The notes beneath the pieces were generated by a model, which did no database searches, was not told the DNA's origin, and saw nothing but the letters and a program-made list of their open reading frames with translations. Source: Octopus vulgaris (Eukaryota). Taken from it: a stretch of 64,000 nucleotides of DNA. Every line of letters begins with the position of its first letter. The first letter of the stretch is position 1. The translations under genes were made by a program, and so were the position numbers. Of the stretch, positions 39,062-53,770 are shown piece after piece. Location: NCBI GenBank assembly GCA_951406725.2, contig OX597825.1, forward strand, positions 89,342,001-89,406,000, in the 5' to 3' direction.

Positions 39062-42000
39062 TTGTATAATTGTCTATTTACAGCTTAGTGCCAAAGGAAG
39101 GCGTTTTTAATACAAGCATTAGAGATGAACCGTAGGACACGAGTAACAATGCTAAGATATTAAGATGGTAAATTTGACAGATCGATTGAAAAGAAAAAAA
39201 AGAAAGAAAGGAAGAAATAGTTTCAGCGTCCGCGTCTTTTAATGACCGTGTGATGTTAACTGATGTTTTACGTCTCAGTCTGATAGTCTATTTCAAATTT
39301 AATTTTGAACATCTTTCTTTGTGTGTGACTGCAATAGATGTGTAAGTAGTATTCTAATGTAGGCTGAGCCTGTGCCCTATCGTGGATCAATAGTTCAATG
39401 ATTCAGCTTACAATAATTCTGTTACCAGAAAAGACAAAAAGAAGAATATAGCCTTTCAAAAACAATTTTAAAATGTTTTTGATGATATGCTGCAGGTGTT
39501 TTATTGAATGCGATTTAGTAAAATGTGAATACACTTCTGCAGGAATTTAATTCTTTAACAAGGGTTCACTTAAAGGAAAGCATATATGACACTTAACGTA
39601 AGTCTTAGTAGAATCTGGATTGCTACACTTCATTTCTTCTTCAAAATACATTATATATCTTTATTATCCCAGAACAAAATTCACCGCAGTGTTGACCTTT
39701 ATTATGTTCATAAAGCAGCTTTCCCAAAAGCTCTGTGCTCTAGAGTCAAATGGAGAATGGATTTTGGATACTTCGGTCGATTTTTCTCTCGTGAAACAGT
39801 GAATGCAAGTGTGAAAGCGTTAGATTATAAGATTTAAACTTCTCTGGAGGTAAAATAAATTTGGTTCAACTAAGTTTCAAGATCACATCAATCATTAAGT
39901 TATTTACTTAGATCACTACAGTTCATGTGAGCTTTTAAGTTCAAAAAAAGACTGGTGTGGAGCAAATTCTCAACTGGTCACGTGGACGAAACGTTCTTTG
40001 GAAAAGATGCGAGGAGGCAAAATTGCAGACGCGTATCCTGTGTTATATTTTGGGTCAGTTTATATTGTTTAAAACAAGCAACTCTATGGTGGGTGATAAA
40101 ACTGTAAGGCCAAATAGGACTTGAAAATTATTTGAGTCAAAGTTTTAAAAAACGTTTACAAATATGAAATGAAATTTTAAAGAAATGCAGTTTGAATAAA
40201 AGGCGAAAAAAATTTCAATTAAATTATTTTCTAAAAAAGACACTTTATCCCGATAGCTATTGAGCCCTGCGCCATATTTAAAAGGAAAAGCACACTAAGT
40301 TTTCATCGAATATCGTCACGTTCATAATTGCTTAAATTTAATTAACAAGCTGGTAATACCAATTTGGGATATTATTGAGCATTTTAGTGGAAAAAAGGAC
40401 AAATACTAACGACGGATGTTGTTAAGGATGAATACTTGGTAACAATTTCATACATGAAGAAGATTTGGTAAAGTTTATATAAAGAAATGTTCTATATCAA
40501 TTGACATGTCAGTTTATCCGACGAAGTCCATTAGGCAAATATAGGACGAAACAAGTATGTTAAGGTACAGTAAGAAAAATCACTGATAAAGAGAAGTAGA
40601 GAAGTATTACAGCCTACATGTGAAAAGATTACGAGCATTTGGAGAATGTGACATGTGACAGCTTGTGTGACACACGGAAAACAATGAAAAGAACACAACT
40701 ATTGGAGCAGGAGATTGAAGGAACGCACACAGATATGTGACAAAATAAAGAAAACTGCTCGAGATCTAGCTGTGTGAATGTGAGAATCCGATTCAAGAAG
40801 CGATAAACACTCAAAGGCTAGTAAAAAGTTTTTTAAATTCAAGTACATCGTTTCGATAGAATGATCTTTTTACTTTTATTTTTGTGAATGGCAATTTTAA
40901 AATCACGTGTAAACTGACGATATAACAAACGAATGGGTAGAAGTTATAATAGTGAAAATATGAAAGAATATTAATATTCTTTGGCAATATGAATGAAGAG
41001 CGGAAGGAATTAGAGAAGAAAGATTGAGGAAATGGGTTGCGAAGATATTTAGACTTGCAAGTCAAAATCATTCCTGTTGCCATAGCAATGCTAACAATCA
41101 CATATGTTCAACATATTGTGACATTAGATGTGACTGTCATATAACATAGTTACAGAAAAATGCCAGCCTCTTTTCTGTAAGTAGTGTTTGCAAACTGAAT
41201 GACCGGCCATATTATCCTTAAATTTCAAACTATTAATGCTTTTGGCGTAGTCTAAGTGAATAGTCGTAGTCTTTATTCGCCTGAAGCGCTGGTGGCGATA
41301 CAAAGAATTATCAATTTTTAATCGGGGTTACAAAGAATGAAATAACAATGTGGAAAAAATACATTTGAGAGTTGGAGACGTTATATGATATGTAGAAGAA
41401 CGTACTAAGAAATATTTTAATGCTGGCTGGAAACAGAGGTACCCATGCATGAGCACGTACACATACGCATACTGACACCAACGTGCGTGAGCATGCCAGG
41501 CATAATGCTTAGCAGCATTTCATCCAAAGTTCTGGTCATCAAATCTAAGTAGAGATTTCAAACTTAAAATCTTCAAAGCCACAGTCAAACCAGTTCTACT
41601 ATATGACTCAGAAACCTGGACGTTATCAAAGAAGCTTGAGAGGCGGTTGGATGGAACTTACACTCGCCTTCTTATGAGAGCTCAAAATCTCTCGTGGAAG
41701 CGTCATCCAAACAAAGTACAAATCTATGGGAAATTACCACACGTATCATCTCTTGTGAAAGGTAGAAGAGTCCAGTTTGCTGGACATTGTTGTATTGCTG
41801 AAAACGAGGTAATTTCTACTCTTCTCTGGAAGCCATTTGCTTGCGATACCGGAGGGCGCACACTCTCCTACCCTGATGTATTCTCCAGAGATACAGGCAT
41901 CCAGCAACAGGACCTCCGTAATTCTATGATGGACCGTGAAGTCTGACGAAAGATAGTAAATTCCATTGTCTCGACCACGGTCGAACAATGAGGATGATGA

Positions 42001-42325
42001 TTGCCTTTCATTCTTTCGGGGTCGATAATGTAATGTTTCACAATGGAGTCGATATAATCAGCTTTGTATGAAAATTTGAAACGTTTGTTGTTATCATTAA
42101 GGCGCTCAGCTGAGAGAACCGTTAGAACTCTGCACAAGATTCTTAGCGTTATTTCTTCTACCGCTACGTTCTGAGTTCAAACTCCACCGAGGTCGACTTT
42201 GCCTTTCAATCCATTTAGAGTCGATAAAATAAGTACCAGTTGAACACTCAGGACGAAGTATCCGATTTAGCTCCTCTCCCAATATTGCTGGCCTTGTGCC
42301 AAAATTTGAAACCATTATTATTATT

Positions 42326-42358
<33 letters not shown>

Positions 42359-42397
42359 CAGCAGCAGTAGTAGTAGTAGTAGTAGTAGTATTATTAT

Positions 42398-42466
<69 letters not shown>

Positions 42467-43202
42467 CAGCAGCAGCAGTATACCGTCAACTTTGACTTTC
42501 ATCTTTTCAAGGTCGGTAAATATAAGTATTAGTGCTTAGGGTATTCGGTTCACGAAAATGGCTTTGCGCTAAAATTATTATTATTACTGTTATTGTTGCC
42601 ACTACTACTACTGCAACTATTAATACTAATAATGATGATAATATCAATTGTCCAGGCAATGGCTCTCATGACTTCTCATCTTAACTGATTGGAAGGGTTA
42701 TCATCTATATGTTTTGCTTTGGTGTAAAAGATGGGCTACAGTAGACATTCTGCTCTAAACCTCTGGAAACATACTCGTTTTGTTTATCATCGTTAAACAA
42801 TTCTTATTCAGAGAATTTTTTAGCGGGATGTGCTACTCGACTCGAAGAAAACACTAACTGTGCTGCTAACTTTGGTGTGAGTTCGCCATGTCTGGAACAA
42901 TTGGGTTGATGCATGTGTCTAATAAGATGTACCCTTATCTTCACAGTTTGTCCTGATGTGTATATTCTCAGAGCACATCCTTCAGTGCTTTTATCAATGT
43001 GATATTTGGAGGGGTTTGTTCTGAGAGCTTTTCTTAAAGCACTGCACACTAATACCGCAGTGGGCCATTTTAAGTCTCTTTTCTGCAGCTAATGCCAGGT
43101 TCTATTCCAATCAATCTCATCTTTAGTCTTGAAGAACTGGCTGTGCATTTTCTTGTCCTGCAAAATTTTCTTCATCTAATCTCTCTGGTATTTCGTTCAC
43201 TT

Positions 43203-43259
<57 letters not shown>

Positions 43260-43278
43260 TATTATTATTATTATTATT

Positions 43279-43825
43279 GAGAGAGTGCGTGCCATCAAGT
43301 GACACTGGGGTAAAATATACGAAGCCCAGTATACCCATCATGACTACCCGTCTGATAAGGGTACACCAGGAACATGCATCACAACCATATGTGCACAACA
43401 TGGTCATCTCATATCAAGATAAACAGCGCATGACCTTGCAGGTGGGGCTCAGTTAGAATTTTCTTCAGGTCGAGTAGCCCATCCCGCTCAAAAGGTCCCT
43501 GAATAAGGATTGTTTAAGGATGTTGAACGAACCACCCATGTTTCCAAAGGTGAATTATCCAAACCTCCAAGAATTCCTTTTAACACACGGCTATGATGCT
43601 CCCCCACTAATTTTGCTCGTGGTCAGAGATTCACATATCATTAGCCACTAAGGGACATGCTCAACTGATTAAGGTCAAACAACTGACAGGCAAATCCTTC
43701 GTATTGAGCAGAATATTTGCTGTAGCCCATCTTTTATACCAAGACAAAACAACGTACATGATAACACTTCCAATCAGTTAAGATCAGAAGCCACGAGAGC
43801 CACTGTCTGGTACTGCATCAGGGCA
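43279..43825 (-). mobile_element. Unclassified ~540-bp interspersed repeat flanked by (TAA)n; complete here, truncated at 32937-33308 and 38107-38478
   Basis: Homologous opposite-orientation copies at 44558-45086 and 32250-32540; strand assigned from the apparent (TAA)n tail. Confidence 0.7.
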
Positions 43826-43860
43826 TTTATTTTTATTATTATTATTAGTAGTAGTAGTAA

Positions 43861-43984
<124 letters not shown>

Positions 43985-44021
43985 TGTAGTAGTAGCAGTA
44001 GCAGCAGTAGTAGTAGTATTA

Positions 44022-44335
44022 CTATTCTGTTTGACTTTTGCTTTGTATTTGTACAAGTTGACTCCAAGTCTCACCCAGAGACATCAAAAAAAAAGTTAGA
44101 AGTTGATGCTGATGTTATGTCTAGGGTATCATACAGTATTGTTCTAAAAAACGTTTAATAAAATATAAGAAAATTATGAGTTTGTTTTAAAATTTGAGAT
44201 TACATATACAGTATTTTACGTACGATATGGGCAGTTGCCATGAGAACTATCTTTTGAATTTCTGCCATTTGGGGATTTCCTAGTACCTGAGCTCGGTAGG
44301 AATCAGCCAATTTTGCTATCATTCGTAACCACTAA
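44022..44335 (-). mobile_element. 3' end of R4/Dong-type non-LTR retrotransposon
   Basis: MIAK...EIQKIVLMATAHIVRKIL C-terminal motif, short 3' UTR, then (TAC/TAA)n. Confidence 0.7.
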
Positions 44336-44557
44336 GCCATGCACCCTCATAATAATAATAATAATAATAATACTTTCTACTAAAATCACAACGCTTGAAG
44401 TTTTGGGTGAAGGATTAAGTCGATTACATCGACCCCAGTACTCAAGTGATAATTAATTTATCGACTCAAAAGGATGAAAGGCAAAATCAACCTCGGCGGA
44501 ATTATTATTATTATTAATATTAATAATGATAATAATAATAACAATAAATAATAATTT

Positions 44558-45086
44558 ATGCCCTGATGCAATAGCAGGCTCTCGTGGATTTTGAACTTAA
44601 TTTATTGGAAGTGTTACCGCGTACAGGTATTATCTTGTTGTACAAGATGATCTACAGTAAATATTTTGCTCCATACCACATACTTGCTTGTCAGTTACTT
44701 GACCTTAAGCAGTTGAGCATGTTCCTTAATAGTGGAAGATATGTGCATCTCTGATCACGAGCAGAAGTAGTGGGGGAGCATCATAGCCACGTGTTGAGAG
44801 GAATTCTTTGGGATTTGTATAATTCACCTCTGGAAACATGGCTATTTCATTCAACATACTCAAACAAACCTTATTCAGGGAACTTTTGCGCGGGATGAAA
44901 ATTTTAACTGGGCCCCACCTGCAAGGTCATGCACTGCTATCTTGCTATGAGATCCCCATATTGCGCACATGTGGTTGCGATGCATGTGTCTTGTGCTCCC
45001 TTATCAGATGGATAGTCATGATGTGTATATTGGACTTCGTTTATTTGCACCCCAGCGTCACTTTGATGGCATACGCTGCTCTCACA
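44558..45086 (+). mobile_element. Diverged copy of the ~540-bp (TAA)-flanked repeat
   Basis: Aligns by eye with the reverse complement of 43279-43825. Confidence 0.75.
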
Positions 45087-45134
45087 TAAAAGTAGTGGTG
45101 GTGGTGGTGGTGGTGGTGGTAGTATTAGTAGTAT

Positions 45135-45178
<44 letters not shown>

Positions 45179-45279
45179 AAGAAGAAGAATCCTTTTGATT
45201 ATGGCAAATGGATTAATATGTTGAAATCTAGAGATAAAAAGCCTGTTCAACTCTCACACACTACTTGCAGAAAAGAGTC

Positions 45280-46080
45280 TGGCATTTTTCTGTCACCCTG
45301 TTATACGACTTCCACTTCTTACGTTACAATTTGCTGAACAAAATGAGTTTCGTGTTATCAATGGCGTTTCTATGACAACAGGAATGGTGTTTTGATTTTC
45401 ATATTTAAGTATCTTAGCCCATTTGCCTGGCTCAGATATTTGACAATCTTTTCTCTCTAATTCTTTTTATGCTTATATATGCACATACTCATATATCTGC
45501 ACGAAAGTAAAGGAAAACTTGTACCCATACAATTATTTAGTAGATATCATTTAAAGAAATACATGAAGTATTTTCTTGCTATTCTGAGTTATATAGACCA
45601 CATCTCAGTTCACTTACGGTTTTTCATCTTATGTCCAAGTGCAACCGAGTGTACCAGTAAGTATTTTGAGACATTTGTTATTAAATTACACCAACATGTT
45701 GCAGTGTTTTTTTTTTCTTTTTCACAGTTCGGTATAATATCCCAATATTACTATTTGGTTATCTTTTGCATGTTTCATTTTAAACTTAACCCTATTGTGA
45801 ATTTCAAACTTCCTCGCAGAGTCTGTTGCAGCACAGATGTATATTTCCGCTTCTTACCTCTTTGAGTTTCAAAAACCAATGACTTTTATTTCATCTTCAT
45901 TCTCTGCATTTCTTTCGTTACTTTTCTCAAGAGATATCTCGCTGACGTTTAGAAAAATGGTTCCTCTTTACCAAGTTCGTTGTTTAATGCTATGTATTTT
46001 GTTTTCACTATTTTTTCCTCTTCTTCCCTTCGTATTTATTATTCTTCGTCGATGAAGATGTGCACAACAGGCTGGCACTG
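45280..46080 (-). pseudogene. Very decayed R4/Dong-type ORF remnant
   Basis: REKIVKYL..MKIKT/IPVVIE at ~45365-45457 and EAEIYICAA at ~45820-45853. Confidence 0.4.
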
Positions 46081-47369
46081 TTATGAGACTTTGTAATTGA
46101 ACCTCTATTTGTGATACAGAGTCTTAAGATACTTTCTAGACCATCCCAACTGCTTCGACTGTAGGTACTCGGGAAATTAGATTTTGTTGTTTTTTGTTAT
46201 TGCTGTTTACTTTCATTATATTCTTTTCATTCTTTTTGCTTAATATTCCCACAATTCCTCGGAGCTTTAAGACCCATGTCTTTTATCGCAATATATATAA
46301 TTAGGCTATCAGCAGTTTCTTACCCATTGTTTTCTACCAAATAGAATGCACAGAGACATTTCCGATCTGGTTTTGGTGACCTTCGGGGGTCATGAAGACG
46401 TGCAAGTCCGTTTTTTTACACTCCTACCCCCATATCACTTTTTGCTAAAACTGATTTGTACATCATTCCTTACTGCAATATAAATCCACCACTTGTTATG
46501 CACCTACGTCATGCCCAATTACTCTTATTGTGGTTTTTGTGTTTCTTCATCTCCTGTACTGTAGTACAAATATACAGTCGAAGGTATGTCTGACAGTTTC
46601 AACCTCAGCGTTTTCACTAATAAAGTACATCAGTTAGGGTAGTGGTTGTTGGCTCTTTGAATTGTGGTAGCTTTTGATGTCCTGCAATGCTTATTGTACT
46701 ACTTGACGTGAGGGGAATTTTCATTCGGTTCCCACTTTTCGTAAAGATAACTAATCTTTTTCTTCATCTTCTTCTGGGTTAGCTCCTGTGGCAGCAAAGT
46801 ACTGCTTGATTTTACAAAAATTTACCCATCTACATTTCTTTCATTTATAATTATAATAGGTCCAAACATTGTTTGTTCATTTTATGTTTGCGGAAGGTTT
46901 GTTTGCAGAGAGCAGCTATATGAACGGGCCGCAATATCAGGTAATAGATGCTATTAATGTGGTCACTACTGCTCCTATCTTTTACATTACATACTTCAGG
47001 TTCGATACATTTATTTTATCCATTCCTAGATATACAATTCATTTTATTCTTCCTCTTCTACATTTTTTTAGTGTTTTGCCTTGTGCTGTTTTACAGCCAT
47101 CGTGTAGCTTTGTAGTGGGAAACTAATTAAGTGTAGGAGTTGGATGTGAAAATGTAATATGGCCAAATAAAATTGTAAAACTTAGTCGAACAAACCCCTT
47201 TTCTTTTTGCTGCGCACCACCGAATATCGAGTGCAGCCCACTGCCCGTTTTCAACAATTACATTTATTTATGTAAGCTAACATAAATTTCATTCGGTAGA
47301 GGGGTTTTGAAAAGAAAATCAGTCATCTTGACACTACGATGATGATGGTGATGATAACAATAATAAAAA

Positions 47370-47588
47370 TAATACTAATTTCAAATTTTGGTACAAGACA
47401 GGAAAATTCGAGGAGGGGGCTAAGTTGATTACATTAACCCAATGCCTTAACTGGTGCTTATTTAATCGAACCCGAAAGGATGAAAGACATAGCCAACCTC
47501 GGCAGGATTTCAACTCAGAACATAAAGACGGACGAAATGTCACTAAGAAATCCGCCCAGCGTAATAACAATTTTGCTTACTACCCGCC

Positions 47589-47590
<2 letters not shown>
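47370..47590 (-). mobile_element. SINE (same family as 31729)
   Basis: cgaaaggatgaaagacatagccaacctcggcaggatttcaactcagaac. Confidence 0.75.
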
Positions 47591-47651
<61 letters not shown>

Positions 47652-47696
47652 GTATAGGAGAGTATTGTAGTTCGCTTGAAGCATTGTGCATTGTTT

Positions 47697-47920
47697 GTAA
47701 AGAATAAAAGTTTTGAATGGTACAACAATGCATTATGATACAAACAATGGGCTATATACCTGTTGTAATTTAGCTATCCATAGTCTGATATTATTTCTGA
47801 AAAAGGAATTTTATTCAGAAATATTATCAGAGTATGGATGACTAAATTACAACAAGCATATAGCCCATTGCTTGTATTATAGTGCATTGTTGTACCATTC
47901 AAAACGTTTTATTTTCTATA
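47697..47920. repeat. Imperfect fold-back with ~105-bp arms, MITE-like
   Basis: gttttgaatggtacaacaatgca...tgcattgttgtaccattcaaaac; centre ~47808. Confidence 0.85.
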
Positions 47921-47960
47921 ATAATAGTATTGTTGTTATTATTATTATTATGATGATGAT

Positions 47961-48370
47961 TAAGGCGGCGAACTGGCAGAACTGTTAGCACGCCGGGCGA
48001 AGTGGTATTTCGTCCGTCTTTACATTCTTAGTTCAGATTTCGCTGTGGTCGGTTTTGCTCTTCATCCTTTCGGGGTCGACAAATTAAGTACCTGTGAAAT
48101 ACTGGTATCAATGTAATCTACTGGACCCCACCCCCAAAATATCAGGTCTTATGCCTTTAGTAGAAAGGATTATTATTATTATTATTCACGTGGTGGGTCA
48201 GTAGAATCGCTACAAGCTTCGAAGTAATGTATTGCGGTATTTCTCCCGATACTTTACAAGCTTTGAACCTTTCAACCTTTTGTGGGTGATAAAATAATGT
48301 ACCAGTAATACGTTGGGGTTCAGTGAACCGACTCATTCTTCCCCACTAAAATTGCTAGTCTTCTGCTAAC
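47961..48370 (+). mobile_element. Two adjacent SINE copies
   Basis: ggcggcgaactggcagaa..catcctttcggggtcgac; second, more diverged copy from ~48190. Confidence 0.7.
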
Positions 48371-50321
48371 ATATTAAAATGATGATTGTTTATAGAACAC
48401 AGAAGACTTTTCAAATGCACAAATATAAATGTATAAACAGGGTTAATAATAAACGTGGCAGCGGGATGAATAAAAATTGTCATATAAAAAACGTGGTGTT
48501 AAAAGCTTTTTACAATATATTTAAGAATAAGCTAAAAATTTGATGTAAATTAAAAACAGTGAATTAAAAAATTATGTCAAATCTTACTCCCAAAATATCA
48601 TTTTCATGAAATAAACACGAAGAAAGTCTTCAGTAACCCACCCATACATTAGTCCAAAAGCAGCAATTGTTTTAGTTGGAAGCACTCCACTTGTCACATA
48701 TGTTGAAAAGAGATGTAAACCAAGACGCGCCTTTAAAGACTTTTAGCTTTGAAATAGTAACAATACTTTTCTCTAAGTTACTTTGTTTCACATTATGAAG
48801 AATCATAATGCCCTATCAAATGCCGACTTATAAATAAGTTGTAAAACTTCAATTTTGTACAGTACAACCTCAATATTTTAAACTTTCTAAAGACCCAGCT
48901 TGAATCAATCGCAAACACATGAACGTCATTTTATCTTTCAGGGAAAAACATTCTTCTGTTTTACGTTCAATTCTTTACTTGCTTTTTCTCCCACACCAAC
49001 CACCATTTTGACCTCTTCTCCGTCCTAAACAGAATACGAGGCAATCAGGTGCACAGTTTCTGGGATTTAGACCGGTTGCGCTAATCGCTGCTTCGATTAC
49101 TGCTTATTTTGATGTTGCTTCTGCTACTATGTTTTTCGCCTAACTTTCTAGTTTCGCATGGCATAAACTCTACATATGTAACAGCTGATATTTCTCATTT
49201 GGAGGGAGTTTCACGGCTCTAGGTTTATTGTATTTAGGTTTCATAGCTAATTATTCTTAGAGAAGTTACCTGACCTTCCACCGACGGTCACCACTTACCC
49301 ATATTGCGTCACAAAATAGCGTTCATATGTCGGCATTGATAGCAATATCTTTTGCTGTAACTTTTACGTTACTCTGCACCATGTATTGTGGTAAATGTTT
49401 CTGGGAACATTTTAACATTCTCAATATTATGCAAATAACTTCAATTACCTTGCTAGGCCGATCGAGTGAATGTTCCAAAAGTTAGGTAGGTTCATTGGCA
49501 AATGCTCTTTTGAATTATAATAGTTATTACTGTTCGATGACGGAATTAAGTAGAGCTGTACTTCCACTAGTCTTGACCTATGCATATGATTACAGGTATG
49601 CTTATAAAGGTATACATGCATCTAGTTGTTATCTATGCTTGGCTGTATGCAAATAAGCATGTATGTAAATAAAATTTTATACAGGCATACGCGTTTATGC
49701 ATGCATATATCCAAGTATGTATGCAAGTGACAATCTACATCATATTCCAACATTCTTTCACTATTTCATTCTATCTCTACTCCACGCATATGTGAGATAA
49801 TCTTGATGGGTTGTCAAATATCAACAAAACTAAATAGAAACGACTATATCGCCGTCATATTTATCTATTCGTAGCCCACGAGTACATGCTTGCGTATATA
49901 TGTGTGTAAATTTTGTTATGTATCTTTCTTTATGAGAACGAGCAGTGGAGAAAATAATTTAAAGTGTTGTAGAGACAGAACTAGAGACACTTAGGAGGAG
50001 AGAGAGAGAGAGAGAGGGGAGAAAGGCAGACAGACAGACAGATATATGACTTACTGGCTGGTCAAGATAATTTCATTAGCATATAAGTTGTTCTGGAATC
50101 AACAATACATTGAAAATTGCTAATTAAAATCTTTTAATTACAAAGTTCTATGAAATTTCTAATGATAACATCTCATTTTGATAGACCCTAGAGGTTTGGG
50201 AGACAACGTAAGTTATATTGCGGGCATGTCAATTAAACTCCCCAATAGAGATAATTTTGACAAACTGTTGATCCAATTCTTGCTTCTCTAATTATTTTAA
50301 ACACTACCACCACAAACAATA

Positions 50322-51337
50322 ATCCTTTCTACTATTGGCGCAAGGCCTGAATTTTGAGAAAAAGAAACTCGTCGATTTATCGACCCAACTCAACATGCTC
50401 AAATGGTACTCATTTTATCGACCCCGAGGGAACTGCAGGCAAAGTCGACCCTGAGAGAATTTGAATTCAGAACATAATGAATCGGAAGAAATGCCGCTAA
50501 GCATTTTGTTCGGCGTGTTAACGATCTGCCAGCTCGCCGGCTCAATAATAAAAATAATAATGGTTTTAAATTTTGCCACAGAGGCAGAAATTTTGGAGAA
50601 GACGATAAGTCGATTACATCAACTCTAGTGGTTCTTATTTATTGACCCAGAAAGGATTAAATGCAAAGTCGACCTCTGCGCAATTTGAACACGGAACGTA
50701 GAACGGTATTAATGATAATCCTTTCTACTAAAGGCACAAGGCCTTAAATTTGGGGGGAGGGCTAAGTCGATTTGATCGACCCTAATACTCAGGTGGCATT
50801 TAATTCATCGACCCCGAAAGGATGAAAAGCAAAGTCGTCCTCGGGGGAATTTGAACTCGTAACGGAGCAACAGACGAAATACCGCTAAGCATTTCGCCCA
50901 ACATACTAACGATTCTGCCAGTTCTCCGCCTGAATAATAATCCTTTCTATTGGAATCAAGGCATCAAATTTGGAGAAAGGGACGAAGTAGATTACATCAA
51001 CCCCAGTACGCAACTGTTACTTATTTAATCGACCCTGAAAGGATAAAAGGCAAAGACGAACTCGGCGAAATTTGAACTCAGAACGTAGCGGCAGAAGAAA
51101 TACCTATTTCTTTACCACCCACAAGGGGCTAAACACAGAGAGGACAAACAAGGAGAGACAAGCGGATAAGTCAATTACATCGACCCCAGTGCGTAACTGG
51201 TACTTATTTAATCGACCCCGAAAGGATGAAAGGCAAAGTTGACCTCGGCGGAATTTGAACTCAGAACGTAACGACAGAAGAAATACTGCTAACCATTTTT
51301 CCCGGCGTGCTAACGATTCTGCCAGCTCGCCGCCTCA
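50322..51337 (-). mobile_element. Head-to-tail cluster of five or six SINE copies
   Basis: Core cgaccccgaaaggatgaaaggcaaagtcgacctcgg..atttgaactcagaac recurs at ~50419, 50643, 50808, 51030 and 51213. Confidence 0.88.
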
Positions 51338-51354
51338 TAAATAATAATAATATT

Positions 51355-51461
<107 letters not shown>

Positions 51462-51892
51462 TGATGATGAAAATAAGTTTGATAATTATAAACAAGAGGG
51501 AAACGGTTAGACGGCAACAATTTCTGTTCATTAAACTGTCCAAACACACAAACGTTACATAAGCTATGACAATAGCCTACACATTCACACACTCACGCAC
51601 ATACACACATCTTTATGTGTTTGTATGCAGTACATATAATCATATATATGCATATTCAAAGGTGTGTGTGTGTGTATACAGAGGCGCGCGTGCATGCGAT
51701 TAACGTGTTCATTTCATGACACTGCTGGTTTGAGTTCGATACGATTATACGGCACCTTCTGCAATTGTCTTCTGCTATAACTTTGGTGTCTCATTATAAT
51801 TATCACATTATTTAACTATAATGCGAATGGGATTTCGTAGTTTGAAACTATGCAAAACACTACGCGTGTACGCTGACATACATACATGCATG

Positions 51893-51924
<32 letters not shown>

Positions 51925-51943
51925 AGTATATATATATATATAT

Positions 51944-52028
<85 letters not shown>

Positions 52029-52309
52029 TATATACATATATCTGAGAACATAATCTTTTGTGGTGAATGACGATTTGACGCCTATATCTAGCATGTTGAC
52101 TGTCCACTTTTCGTGTTCAGTCCTTAATTGGTATATATAAATATTTTAATCTTCGGATTCTTTTTTAATATGCTAGACCACTGGTCTTAATTGATAAATA
52201 TCAATTTCTACCCTTAATTAATTTTACATATATATATATATATATACCTATATATATATACCTATATATATACCTATATATATATAGATATATACATATA
52301 TATATATAC

Positions 52310-52379
<70 letters not shown>

Positions 52380-52720
52380 GCACTCACATGAATACGTGCG
52401 TTTAGATTACATTAAAAAATAGAAATAACATAATTAAAGATGGGAATGTTTTGGGGTCTTTTTTTTTTGAAATCTCTCTCGAATTGTGATTTTCTTTCTG
52501 AAGTAGGAATAGGAATAATATAGCGCCAGCGTTGACCAAGTCGCAATCGTACAGCTGTATGCAGAAAGTTGAGTGTATATGTGGATGTAGATCACTATAT
52601 ATAAATTTGTGTGTTCATTTTTATATGTATATCGTATACGCATGCATTCTGTCGAGTGTATCCATATATGTATGTTTGTACGCATATGTGTGTGTGTAAA
52701 ACATATAAGTGTGCATGCAC

Positions 52721-52800
<80 letters not shown>

Positions 52801-52858
52801 ATATATATATTTATATATATATATATATGTATGTATACGTATATATGAAACCACTTAC

Positions 52859-52976
52859 CTAGACCTAAAAGGTCAACAACGTTAAGTGACCGTTTAAGGT
52901 GTGTTTCGTAAATCGTAGAAGTGTCCACAGTTTTTGATCGTGTGATTCCATTCCAAAGATAGCGCCACAGCCTCAT
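52859..52976 (-). CDS. First coding exon of a cationic amino-acid transporter (SLC7/CAT family, APC superfamily)
   Basis: MRLWRYLWNGITRSKTVDTSTIYETHLKRSLNVVDLLGL(G) fits the CAT N-terminal pattern R.K......T.L.R.L...DL..LG; ends at a consensus AG|GTAAGT donor (phase 1); paralog not determinable. Confidence 0.78.
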
Positions 52977-53336
52977 CCTAAAAGTCAATGTGCCCGATTT
53001 ACTCCTTCCTTCTATCACTTAATCGTTGTTGTTGTTCTTGTTTTATTGTTATCTTCGAGTCGGCGCGAATGCCTTTGAATGTTTTGCCGTACTTTTGTCG
53101 TTAGTGTTGATGTTATTATTATTATTATTAGGTTTGTATTTATTGCCTTGATAACTGATAATATTCAATTCAATTACCACGCACGGCGCTGTGGTTACTG
53201 CTGCACTCTTGTTGTTATTGCTCATCTAGCCGTTTCGGTTCGTGTTGATGTTGCTGGTTTCGCTACTTTTCATCTTGTGCTTATTCATATATTGTTATAG
53301 CTATTGTTGTTGTTATTGCTGCTGCAGGAAGCTGCT

Positions 53337-53375
<39 letters not shown>

Positions 53376-53725
53376 AGAAAGTGGAAGTGGTAGTAGCAGT
53401 GGTGGTTTTGGATTTTGTTCGTATTTTCGATGCTTTCACATCTATTAAATCTCTCGAAATACTTTCTTATGATATTGTAATAAAATATTATTTTTTCTAT
53501 ACATAATAAGCTCTCAAGTGTAGTAGCAATTATTGTTGTTAGTAGAAATCATGTTTTTTATGAAGTGTTGTTGTTGTTGTTTAATCACTAAATCTATAAT
53601 TTATCACTCGTCAATTTTAGATTTTTGTTGTTTTTGTTGCTATTGCCGCTGCTCCTGCGCTCTCCGTCCGTGCATACTGTCTCTCATTTCGATTTATGCA
53701 TTTTTGCTGGCCTTCTGTTCACAAT

Positions 53726-53770
<45 letters not shown>

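Noticed and set aside
49290-49360. Candidate second CAT exon ending at a minus-strand GGTAAGT
   Set aside because: No frame gives CAT-like sequence; the TAKDIA resemblance is followed by a stop
50322-51337. CRISPR-like repeat periodicity
   Set aside because: The repeats are ~150-220-bp diverged SINE copies in a eukaryotic context, with no constant repeat/unique spacer pattern and no cas genes
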